From positions 744,001 to 808,000 of the forward strand of contig MU008162.1 in the NCBI GenBank assembly GCA_010909165.1: 64,000 nucleotides of DNA. The letters are read 5' to 3'. The notes under the pieces are model-generated. The model had not been told where the DNA came from, did no database searches, and saw nothing but the letters and a program-made list of their open reading frames with translations. A program made the position numbers and the translations under genes. Every line of letters begins with the position of its first letter. Position 1 is the stretch's first letter. Source of the stretch: Anthoceros angustus (Eukaryota > Plantae > Anthocerotophyta). This document shows, in pieces, positions 47,029-58,139 of the stretch.

Positions 47029-48595
47029 ATGTCTCATAATGATATCCAAGTTGGTGGGGATGACATTGACAACTTCTTAGATGCATACGGCTCTCCACGC
47101 CCGTGGGAGACTTCAAGCGCCTTGGATCACAAGGTGAGGCTCACCGCAACATGGCGTGGGAGGTTGGCAACCCGACGACAAAGAACGCGATCTCTTGTGG
47201 ATGGAGAAGGCAAATGTAAGGATTGGAGAAAGGAATTGTACCGAGTGTGATTCTCAATCGAGGAGCCGACTTTTTGATTCACGTTCTACAAGGCAACCCG
47301 GTAAAGCGGCCCTAGATGGAGCGGAAACCATGGATCCGTCGTTGTGGAGCACTTTGCCGAAGACCTGTTGAAGAGAAGTTTGTCCATGCTTCCGCCACCG
47401 AGGGTGTGCTTAGCTAGCAAGTCATGGAGGGACCTCCTCTTGGGCCGCGACTTTAAGCGCTTGCAGAAATGGGTCGACGACCACCGCTTGTTGAGTCAAG
47501 ACCGCCGATTTGCGTTGTGGAGTTCATGCAGTAGATTGGCACGATGCGCGTAGGCCCTCGGACATTGCGTGCGGGCTAAGGCACAAGGGCTTGAGGTTCG
47601 GAGGCAAGGAATCTTATGAAATGGGTTACCTCCTTGGGACAATTGTTTTGTGCAGCAGGATTACTATGCTTCTATCACAACGAGCCTATAGACACCATTG
47701 CCGATATCTATGTTGCTAACCTCTAGCCCAAACTTGGTCATGTTTGCCGAGAATGCTCCCGAGAGACATAGCTTTAACAAGCGTGACATTCGAGAAAGCG
47801 CAGAATCACTTGAAGACGGCATATTTGCGGTTCACGATTGTGAGTTATAACATAAGAGAATACCCGGAGTATCGCTACCATCTACTCAAGTTCTACGGCG
47901 CTTGGAGAACGGTGGTTCTCGAGGAGGCGCACTGGATTTGGAGTTTTGGTTTCAAAGCTTGCAAGCGGAACTCGAATTCATGGATTGTGCTATATGGCCA
48001 CAATATGTTATCGCCAAGAGAAACTATATGTTGCCACATGTATGCACCACATTCTCCGATTATGATGATATTGTCATCTACGCCTACAACTTGGAAAATG
48101 GAGCGCAATTACAAATTCAAGAACCAAGATCGTGGTTTAAAGGAGATGATACTTTTGTACTTGCACATCGTCCGTGGTACTTGGTTAGCATAATGGAGTA
48201 TCGTGGAGAGTGTTGTGTGCCGATTGGAGGATGAGTCGTGATGACCTTGAATACGGATTTGGGAGTTGGATTTGGATAGTCTTACTTGGCACAAACTCTC
48301 CAAAGATTCGTAAACAAGCATTGACGGAGGCCGATCTTCAAGAACCAAATGCGGAGTTATATGTTCTCATGGAAGACAGTTCCATGCATTTTTGGAGAAG
48401 GCAGTAATGGAGATAACATTGCCTCACCCTTGGGGTTAGGGACCGTACCTACACCATCACCCACACCCACACCCACTTAATTGCTTATAATATCACAACC
48501 AATTCGTGGTCCGTTGTGTTGAGTGACTTGGTCCGTGACCACTTGAATGCCCTGTACATATTTTCTCTCCCAATTTTCAAAATCTTGGCTTGTGA
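47029..48595 (+). pseudogene. F-box protein gene, copy 2 (apparently frameshifted)
   Basis: Same sequence as copy 1, with the F-box ATG at 47330. Its indels fall at different positions. Confidence 0.78.
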
Positions 48596-50129
48596 AGATG
48601 TGGTATGATTTTTAGAAATAAAATGATTATTTCTTAATTGTTATCCTCCACATCGATTAAATCCACAAACACTCTTGTTAACCCCTAGACGGCGAAATGT
48701 CCCAAATTGGAACATTCTTACTAGCCTTGAGCGCTTTACAAACAATTAATTATTCAAGAATTGAAAAGAATATTTTTCTTTCTTTTTACGGTGTTGTTCA
48801 ACATTGACGCTCCCTCCTCCCATGCTTTTATCACAAAAACTTATGAAATGTAACAAGAATCAAGAGAGATGCATGGGAAATGTCATTGCCACTTCTCGAG
48901 CCCCATCAAGTCAGTGTAAACTGTGCTCGGCCAAACTAAGTCAACCCGCCATGACAATAACTCTACACCACACTACGCTCGACAAGCCCGCAGCTAGAGT
49001 CGCGGTGACAACTAATTGCGAGGGCCACGACTAGGAGATTGGGCACATGCCGGTCCTCTTGTTTGGAGGCGTCGACAATTCTTTCCCAATCGAGTTTGGG
49101 ACACTTCTCTATTTGTGGAACACATCGCTTCAACTCTACAAAGTGTGGCGTAATGAAAGAATATGCTCATAGAGTTTTTGACGCTTGGTCAAAAAGATGT
49201 GATCAAAAGTTTTTGATGAGCGTCATCTTAGTTAGCTCGGCTCAAGAGTTGGGTTAAGTATGATCACCATAGCTTTTATATTTGTTGTTGGAATGAATCT
49301 TCTCCTAGCTCGTTGGATAAGATTAGTATGGAGAACCTTGGACATAATTTTATAATTTAAAAACAAAAATACAAAATATTTAATTTCCAAGTATTTGTTT
49401 TTTGTCCTGAAACAATGGTTGCCCCGTTGAACTCCGGAATGGTCGTGGTTGTTTTTCTAAATTGTCCCAAACTCGAATTATCATCTTCTTTATGATCCAC
49501 TTCTACACGTGAAAACCACTTCCAAGGACGTTGAGCATTAGCCCAATGTTTTTCTCCACAATGATAGCAATCTCCTTCGTCCACCCAAAAGGCTTCCTAC
49601 CAATTGTACTCTTTAGCAACACCTATGGACGCAAATCTTTAACCCTTCCTACAAATGGGCCACACCTTCCGGTGATAGGATACCGCTGCCCCTTCTTGTC
49701 CCCCCTAGCTTCACTGCATGCACCGTAGGGGCGGTGCTAAGGGAGGACGCCGACCGCGCCTTCCTTAGCACCACCCGTCGGCATGCGGGTGGAGTTAGGG
49801 AGGCCACCGGCCGGCCGCCTCCCCTAGCACACCGCCTTAACACGGCCACAAGTAAGTAAGTATCACAATTATATCGGACCATGTTGATACTCGTGAAGTG
49901 TTCAAAATGATATCGATTTCAAATATCGATCTTTCCTTCAGCAGGATCACCCATGATGGCGTCTCTCAAGGCCGACTTAACTTTACCAGGCTTAGGGCTG
50001 ACTAACGCTTATCAAGGATTAGGTCTTTCGTGCAAATGTGATGGTAACAAACCTACCGGATATAGTTTGCAAACGTGTCATCATTAACCCCGTGGGTTGG
50101 GTGGCGACTTGGATAACTCCCAAGGTCCA

Positions 50130-53100
50130 TGTGGGCTATGCACTTCCTGGGGTTAGAAATAAGTGGGGTTTGTTTTTTGTAGGTTGGAATAGTAAAATAA
50201 AGGAAAAGGAGGAATAAGCACGGATGGCGCCTGGACGACTTCTGAGGCGACCACCCGAGTAAGCAACGGACCCCGATACCACTATGGAAACTCCGGATAC
50301 CCTTGGAGTACGGTAAGTCCGGACCTCACCCAGGATAAGATAAGTACGGGAAAGTAACTGAATGGAGTCGTGAGGATGACTAGGCGGCGCCACGTGGACG
50401 GCCCCGAGGTCGGCATGCAAGCAGGCCAGACCGTAGTTTCGCCAGGGCCGACAGGCAGTATTCACGCCGGCGCGGCGCAAGGCTAGAGGCCCGAGGGGTG
50501 AGTACGCCATGCACTCGCGCCATGGATAAATAAGAGGCGCCTTCCCAGCGCTCAAGAAAGAGGGAATTACTTCCAACCTCCGATTTCGCCCTCGCCCGCA
50601 TCCGGCCTTTGGAGCTTCGCGCCAAGGTGTCCCCACGCTACCCACGAGGAAGGAGGAGGAGGAGGAGGAAGCACGCCAAACCAAGAGAGGACAAGAAGTC
50701 ACACCCAAAAGCCGGAGGAGGTGCCATGGACCTCGGAGGAGCGCAACATTGTGACCCGCGCTATCCGGACTTCGGGCCCCGGGCCGGAGGAAGTGGAATT
50801 GCGAGTGGCATCCGGACGTGTTCCAAATGGTCTCGACCTTTGACAACATACCTAGTCCGGAGTTTGCCCGAAGATGCCGGGCGATCAACAAGGAGGTCCG
50901 ATCCAAGAACCTCCGGAGGACCCGAGGCGATGGACCTTGAGGTCCCGAGGATGGCCTACAAATCAAGGAGGAAGAAGGGGCGTGGTGCAGGCCCCTTAAG
51001 GCGAAGGGAAGATAGGGCGCCGCGGCGATGAGGCTCGAACGCAATGACAACCAACGGATGGTTGATATCCGATCTGGCGGGCCGGTCGAGTAAGGCGGTA
51101 GCCGGATCATTGTCCATTGAACTCGCCACCAAGGTGGATCACCTTGGTGATAACCTGGTATTCTCGCGCCCAATGGGAAGAGAGCGGACTGGGAAGGATT
51201 ATCTTCCCCTGCCTGGGCCAGAGGAGCGAAGGCAGCGACCCACCCATACCGATTCATGTATGGGGACATTTCGAGCTCTGAAGGAGGAGAGCTTGAGGCG
51301 CCCGGGGGCCGGAGGCCCCGCTGTAGAGCGCAAGGGCGCCTGAGGTGGGGGTCGCCCTTCAAGACCAAGCGGACTCGGGAGGAGGACGATCGAGGATTCC
51401 TGACTCACGTCGAGCGAACCCCTCACCACCTGTGGAAGTTTGGGAGGCGATTCCCCTTCCCTCCTTTTGGTGCCCCTCCGAGCAGTGAGGGAGCGATGCC
51501 GGAGGGCGCTGCACCGGCTGCAATAACAAAACAACCACGACGCCGAGCCCCGACGAACCCGGGAGCCAAGAGGCGGAAGACCGCTTACCAACGCAAAGAC
51601 TCGAAGGTGCCAGACTTTACCCCCGCCACCTGAGTGGCAAGAGGTCAAGAGGCGTAAGGAGGGCAGAAAGGGACGTGGCCCAAGGAGCAGGAGGTCAGCA
51701 GCCCCACCTCGAGCCGGTCCCTGCCCCGATGAAGGGGCAAAAGAGCTTGCTCCCGACCCCTCACCTCCTCCGAGCCCTGTGAGAAAGAGGCACAAAGGAG
51801 TTAGAGGCCAAGAGGGCCAAGAGGGTGAGACTGACCACCACTGTGACCCGAGGGTCCCGATTAGGTCCGAGAACCCACCGACTTACCGATCAGATGGAGG
51901 TCCTTGGCGATCGAGAAATGCCGGCCCCACTACGGACTTTGTGGGGGCCTCACGCCGCGGGAAGAAACACGGCAAGTCCTGCCACCGCCATGGACGGAAT
52001 GCTTTGGGGTCTCGTGGTACATGGAGAAGACCTGTGAAGTGGAGGCCACCCGAGGAGGATGGTGGAACCCAAGAGCAAGTGAAGGCGGCGAGGAAAAGGC
52101 GGAGTCCCTCGCTCGGATCGAGGAAGGAAGCGCCGGGTGGCGAGGCCAGGCGGTTGAGGGCCGGGCCAAGGTTCTTGTATGTGAGCAGTGAAACAAGCTC
52201 GAGAGGCCCAGCGGGCGGAGGACCTTCTGCGGCGAGAGGGAGGCGGAAGAGGCCGGGCTGGAGAGCTCGGGACTGGCGGAGGCGGCCCGGCTAAGCGGCG
52301 CCAAGTGGGCGAGGCCAGTAAAAGCGGCGAAGAGTGAGCCGCGGCAAGCGGCAGGATCACTCTGGGCGTGATCGGGCCGGTGGAAAGTCGGTATGACGGA
52401 GGCTAACTCGAAGGCGGAGGCGGCGGAGGCGGCCTCGGGAGATAGGGGATCTCAAATGCAGTGCGAGTAGAAGGAGGCGGCGGCGGATGGAGGGCAGCAA
52501 GGACCTGGAGCTACAACTCCAAGATCGTCGGAGGCGGCGGTGATTCTCAGCGAGAGAATCCACGACTTGAGCACGAAGCGAGTGCCTCGGCTCCGTCGAG
52601 GCGGAGGAAAATCGGCGACTATCGAGGAGTTGGGCGTTGCCGAGCTGAGAAGGCTGGAGGAAGTCGGTCGGACGGAGGTATCAGCTTTGGAGAGGGAGGC
52701 GGAGCTAAAGGCGAGAATGAGCGGAGGCGAGCAGGCGAGAAAAGAAGGCTGCTGGTCCGGTGAGAAAGGCGGAAGGAGCAGCTGCGCTATGGCGGTGGTG
52801 GCGATGGAGAAGCAGCGGAGGCTGGGCGGTGGAGCAACGGCAGTGCGGGAGGTGACGAGGCCTTGTAGCCTCGCGTGTCTGACCCGGCTCCAGATCCGTC
52901 GGAGAGGTGGCCCAACAAGCGGCACGCCCGGCTCCGGAACACTTATGGCGGAGGGAGTATCGGGTGCTCGGGCACACGTGGAAGAGCAATTCAACAAGTC
53001 GATTCGGACTTTGCCTATTACCAGAGCTCTGGCGATGAAGCCTCGGCGGCGCAAGCAGACGGACCCACGGAATCGAGAAGGAGATGAAGGCCACGGGGCA

Positions 53101-54394
53101 CAGGACCCTAGTGGCCTGTTTGGAGATAGCGGAGGCGGAGGAGCGGCGGAGGCGAGCGAGGAGGCGGCGGATGCGGCGAGGTAAGCACCCGCACCTCACC
53201 ATGGAAGGAGGGCCAGCGAAGGTCACTTGAGGCGATCGGGAGCAGCGGAGGACTTGAGGAGAGCCACGGAGGAGTCCGTGAGGAGGAAACCCGGGTGGGC
53301 GTGAGTCGGACTTTGTCGGACCCCGGAGGCCGGACCACAGTCGGACCCGTGTCGTCGGACCACGAGTCGGACCCGATAAGTCGGACCACAGTCGGACCCG
53401 TGTCGTCGGACCACGAGGTCGGACCCAACAGTCGGACCTGGCGGACCCGGAAATAAGCGGACTCACGAGTTGAGTCGAGGCAGACCTCGAGGCCGGTGCG
53501 GCGATGAGGAGCCCCGCCGACTTACGCTAGGGAGCGAATGGTGGTGGCCCCGTGAAGGACCCGAGGAGGCGAGGGAGGATGGCGTCGTGGTGCGGTTGTC
53601 GACCCGCCGTGTAACAGGCGGGATTCGGGAGAGGAGGGGCCCGCCTCACGGATCATCCGATTGGGTGCACAAGCTGTCGGGGAGTTGGACCACCCATTCC
53701 GGGGGCCAGGACCTTCCAGACGGTCGTGAAGGAGATAGGGGAAAATGGTAGGCGGCCGATTAGGGTATCTGGTGGCTATCATTTCGAGAATAGGGGTGTA
53801 ATAAAGCGCCTTGGCGCGATATAAGAGTGAGGCTGCTCTAGTAAAGCATCTTTCTCTTGGTGTTGATGCAGCGTTCTTGCGAGACCTTTGTGAGTCTTCT
53901 TGCTAACGTGAGTCTGAGTCAGCGGCGAGCCAGCGGCTCGGGAGATTGATCAAGGTCATTGGCGGACTTAGCGTTGTGGTGTGTGCGGGGAAGGGTGGCG
54001 GTGACCGTGCTCGTCCGGGCAGCGTCCGGCCAGAGCAATGTGGCGGAGGAACTCGGGAGGCGTGTAGAGCACGGAGGCCGGCGGAGCAGCGGAGGAGGTC
54101 GGCTGCGTAACCAGCGTCTTTTCTAAGGCGAAGAGTGTAGCGTGAGGAGAGAGGAAAGGGGGATCGTGAGGATGTATGTGAGCAATCTGAGCAGGTCCTA
54201 AGCGTTTAGCCATAGGGCTGTCGGTGAAACGTTGTGAGTAGTTAGGAGTATGTGTGTGTGTTGAGGCGAGCAGGCGCTAAGGGCGGTAGAATCACACGAA
54301 GCAGCGATAGCAGGCCTATCATTCCCAGGAGCGGACTTCTTCCTGCGACACGGGATTGTCTGCTTGGTAGCCATCGGCAAAAGTCGCGCCCACA
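50130..54394. mobile_element. 4,265-bp GC-rich insertion with TGTGGGC...GCCCACA ends and a 5-bp TSD (solo-LTR-like)
   Basis: GTCCA flanks both sides (50125-50129 and 54395-54399), and the empty site is visible in units 1 and 2. No paired LTRs or gag/pol motifs were seen. There is Glu/Arg/Ala-rich coding-like sequence on the + strand at ~50.6-53.2 kb. Confidence 0.85.
53305..53450. repeat. GTCGGACC-core short repeat cluster, including a ~50-bp unit in 2 copies
   Basis: CGGACCACAGTCGGACCCGTGTCGTCGGACCACGAG is repeated, with about ten (G)TCGGAC cores. Confidence 0.85.
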
Positions 54395-55610
54395 GTCCAA
54401 GTACACCCCATGCAAGAAGGTCATGCCCTGCCTCGCTAGTGAGACTCATGGGGCCATGGGTAAAAGGTTTTTGAGGCTCATTAAATGTTGTGCTAAAGCC
54501 TACCATAGCTAAAAGAATGCGTAGGTCTCCCCTTTCCTATGTGGTAGCCTTCTTGCAATAGTGTGCATCCATCGACCTGTAGAAAGGGTAACCAGCAAAC
54601 GCTATTTACAAGACGACGTTGAATTCAAGAGGCGTTGCATCTTGACTCCGGTGGTAAGTGGGCTCTTCCTATACCCGACTACAACATCTTGTGGGCGGTA
54701 GGCGGCTTAAGGGTGGACAATCAGGGAGCTAGTCCCCTTGGCCTGGGCACTTTATTGGGTTGGTCCCCACCACCATATTGTAGATGGGACTTTCCATCTC
54801 TACAAATTTTATGAAGTCTCCATTCTTATAAAGTCTCCAAATTCACTAAAATTATATGGTAAAATGTTATAACGTGCCATACTTTGTTACTTTATCTTAG
54901 TATCTAGCATATGGAGAGTAGGATAAACATACCAAACCTAAAGACTATAAATGGTCAATAACAACAATAAAAGATTAGAATGGACTCGATTCTTATTATC
55001 TTGATTTTCTCAAACAATCGGTCAAGCTATTTTGGTTTAGTGGCCTCGGTTAGAGTGCAGCACCACGTGTACCGAAAAGTCTTGGCGTTGACCATAGAAC
55101 TCTAGCCCTTTCTCGACACGGGTTTTATAAGAGCCTCTTCAATCGAAACCCTTTGGTGGGTACTACGACCATCGTTACCTTGGCATGATGGCTTATTTCG
55201 GAAGGTATCTAGATTGGGACTTATTTTATATATAGCACATCGAGTGTAGAGATATATATGCCAAGCTCAAGGGCTATATGTGGTGCCCCATGCATCAAAT
55301 TTATAATCGAGGCAATTATACCAAGTTGAGAGGTACCGAGATGGACCAAGGATTGTACTAAGTGTACATCAATATGCTATCTTCACCGCTAGTATAGATC
55401 TAAGGTGTTTGTTGCTCATAGGAATAGCCCGACCACGTGGTATCAAAGCTTTGGCGTTTGCAAGTAGTACCTTCACGGGTTATCCCTATACTTCTTATAA
55501 ACTTACTCAAACCGCTTCTTGTGAACTTACAATTAACAATTAATTCGTGTTGATCTAGCAAGGCTACATGGAAAGGTTGGACGTGGATCCTAAAGCAGGA
55601 GGATGATACT

Positions 55611-57145
55611 ATGTCTCATAATGATATCCAAGTTGGTGGGGATGACATTGACAACTTCTTAGATGCATCGGGCTCTCCTACGTCCGTGGGAGACTTCAAA
55701 GCGCCTTGGATCACAAGGTGAGGCTCACCGCAACATGGCAGGTTGGCACGCCACGTGGCGATCTCTTGTGGATGGAGAAGGCAAATGTAAGGATTGGAGA
55801 AAGGAATTGTCGAGTGTGATTCTCAATCGGAGGAGCCGCACTTTTGATTCACGTTCTACAAGGCAACCTGGTAAAGCGCCCCTAGATGGAGCGGAAACCA
55901 TGGATCCGTCGTTGTGGAGCACTTTGCGGAAGACTGTTGAAGAGAAGTTTGTCCATGCTTAGGCCACGCAAAGGGTGTGCTTAGCTAGTGTCTGAAGTCA
56001 TGGAGGGACCTCCTCTTGGGCGCGACTTTAAGCGCTTGCGTAGATGGGTCGACGCACCACCGGTTGTTGAGTCAAGACCGATTTGCGTTGTGGAGTTCAT
56101 GCACGGTAGATTGGCACGATGCGCGTAGGCCCTCGGACATTGCGTGCGGGGCTAAGGCACAAGGGCTTGAGGTTCGAGGCAAGGAATCTTGGCGGAAATG
56201 GGTTACCTCCTTGGGACAATTGTTTTTGCGCGATTACTATGCTTCTATCTGTGAGCCTATAGACACCATTGCCGATATCTATGTTGCTAACCCTCTAGCC
56301 CAAACTTGGTCATGTTTGCGAGAATGCTCCCAGAGACATAGCTTTAACAAGACATTTGAAAGCGCGCTTGAATCACAAGACGGCATTTGGTTCACGATTG
56401 TGAGTTATAACATAAGAGAATACCCGGAGTATCATTACCATCTACTCAAGTTCTACGGCGCTTGAGAACGGTGGTTCTCGAGGCGTCTGGATTTGGAGTT
56501 TTGGTTTCAAAGCTTGCAAGCGGAACTGAATTCATGGATTGTGCTATATGGCCACAATATGTTATCCGCCAAGAGAAACTATATGTTGCCACATGTATAG
56601 ACCACATTCTCCGATTATGATGATATTGTCATCTCGTCTACAACTTGGAAAATGGAGCGCAATTACAAATTCAAGAACCAAGAAGTGGTTTAAAGGAGAT
56701 GATACTTTTGTACTTGCACATCGTCCGTGGTACTTGGTTAGCATAATGGAGTATCGTGGAGAGTGTTGTGTGCCGATTGAGGATGAGTCGTGATGACCTT
56801 GAATACGGATTTGGGAGTTGGATTTGGATAGTCTTACTTGGCACAAACTCTCCAAAGATTCGTAAACAAGCATTGACGGAGGCCGATCTTCAAGAACCAA
56901 ATGCGAGTTATATGTTCTCATGGAAGGATGCCCATGCATTTTTGGAGAAGGCGTTGGTAGCGGAGATAACATTTGCCTCACCCTTGGGGTTAGGGACCAT
57001 TCACACCATCACCACCCACACCCACTTAATTGCTTATAATATCACAACCAATTCGTGGTCCGTTGTGTTGAGTGACTTGGTCCGTGACCACTTGAATGCC
57101 CTGCATCATATTTTCTCTCCCAATTTTCAAAATCTTGGCTTGTGA
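55611..57145 (+). pseudogene. F-box protein gene, copy 3 (apparently frameshifted)
   Basis: Same sequence, with the F-box ATG at 55900. ORF 56756..57145 ends FSPNFQNLGL*. Confidence 0.78.
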
Positions 57146-58139
57146 AGATGTGGTATGATTTTTAGAAATAAAATGATTATTTCTTAATTGTTATCCTCCA
57201 CATCGATTAAATCCGTCAAACACTCTTGTTAACCCTAGACGATGAAATGTCCCAAATTGGAACATTCTTACGGTCTTGAGCGCTTTACAAACAATTAATT
57301 ATTCAAGAATTGAAAGAATATTTTCTTTCTTTTTACGGTGTTGTTCAACATTGACGCCCTCCTCCCATGCTTTTATCACAAAAAACTTATGCGAAATGGG
57401 CGAAGAATCGAGAGATGCATGGGAAATGTCATTGCCACTTCTCGAGCCCCATCAAGTGTAACCGCTCAGCCAAACTAAGTCAACTGCCATGATAACTCTA
57501 CACCACTCGTTCGACAAGCTCTGGCGGGCTAGAGTCGCAGTGACAACTAATTGCGAGGCCACGACTAGGAGATTGGGCATCATGCCTCTTGTTTGAGGCG
57601 TCGACAATTCTTTCCCCAATGAGTTTGGGACACTTCTCTCTATTTGTGGAACACATCGCTCAACTCTACAAAGTGTGGCGAATGAAAGAATATGCTCATA
57701 GAGTTTTTGACGGGCTTGGTCAAAAGATGTGATCAAAAGTTTTGATGAACGCCATCTTCGATTAGCTCGGCTCAAGAGTTGGGTTAAGTATGATCACCAT
57801 AGCTTTTATATTTGTTGTTGGAATGAATCTTCTCCTAGCTCGTTGGATAAGATTAGTATGGAGAACCTTGGACATAATTTTATAATTTAAAACAAAATAC
57901 AAAATATTTAATTTCCAAGTATTTGTTTTTTTGCGGAAACGATCGAGTTGCCCTGGTTGAACTCCGGAATGGTCGGGGTTGTTTTGAAATTGTCCCAAAC
58001 CGAATTATCATCTTCTTTATGATCCACTTCTACACGTGAAAACCACTTCCAAGATGTAGCACATGGCCCAATGTTTTTCTCCACAATGATAGCAATCTCC
58101 TTCTGGTCACCCAAAAGGCTTCCCACCAATTGTACTCTT

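Larger units (their letters stand above)
41183..58139. repeat. Head-to-tail array of three ~4.35 kb units (41183-45534, 45535-49855 and 49856-58139; unit 3 carries an insertion and lacks the last ~245 bp)
   Basis: Each unit starts GTAAGTATCACAATTATATCGGACC and aligns throughout. Unit 3 diverges after TTGTACTCTT at 58139. Confidence 0.93.

Noticed and set aside
50136-51368. 410-aa minus-strand ORF in the insertion
   Set aside because: Low-complexity and GC-driven, with no recognisable domain. The coding-like signal looks stronger on the + strand.
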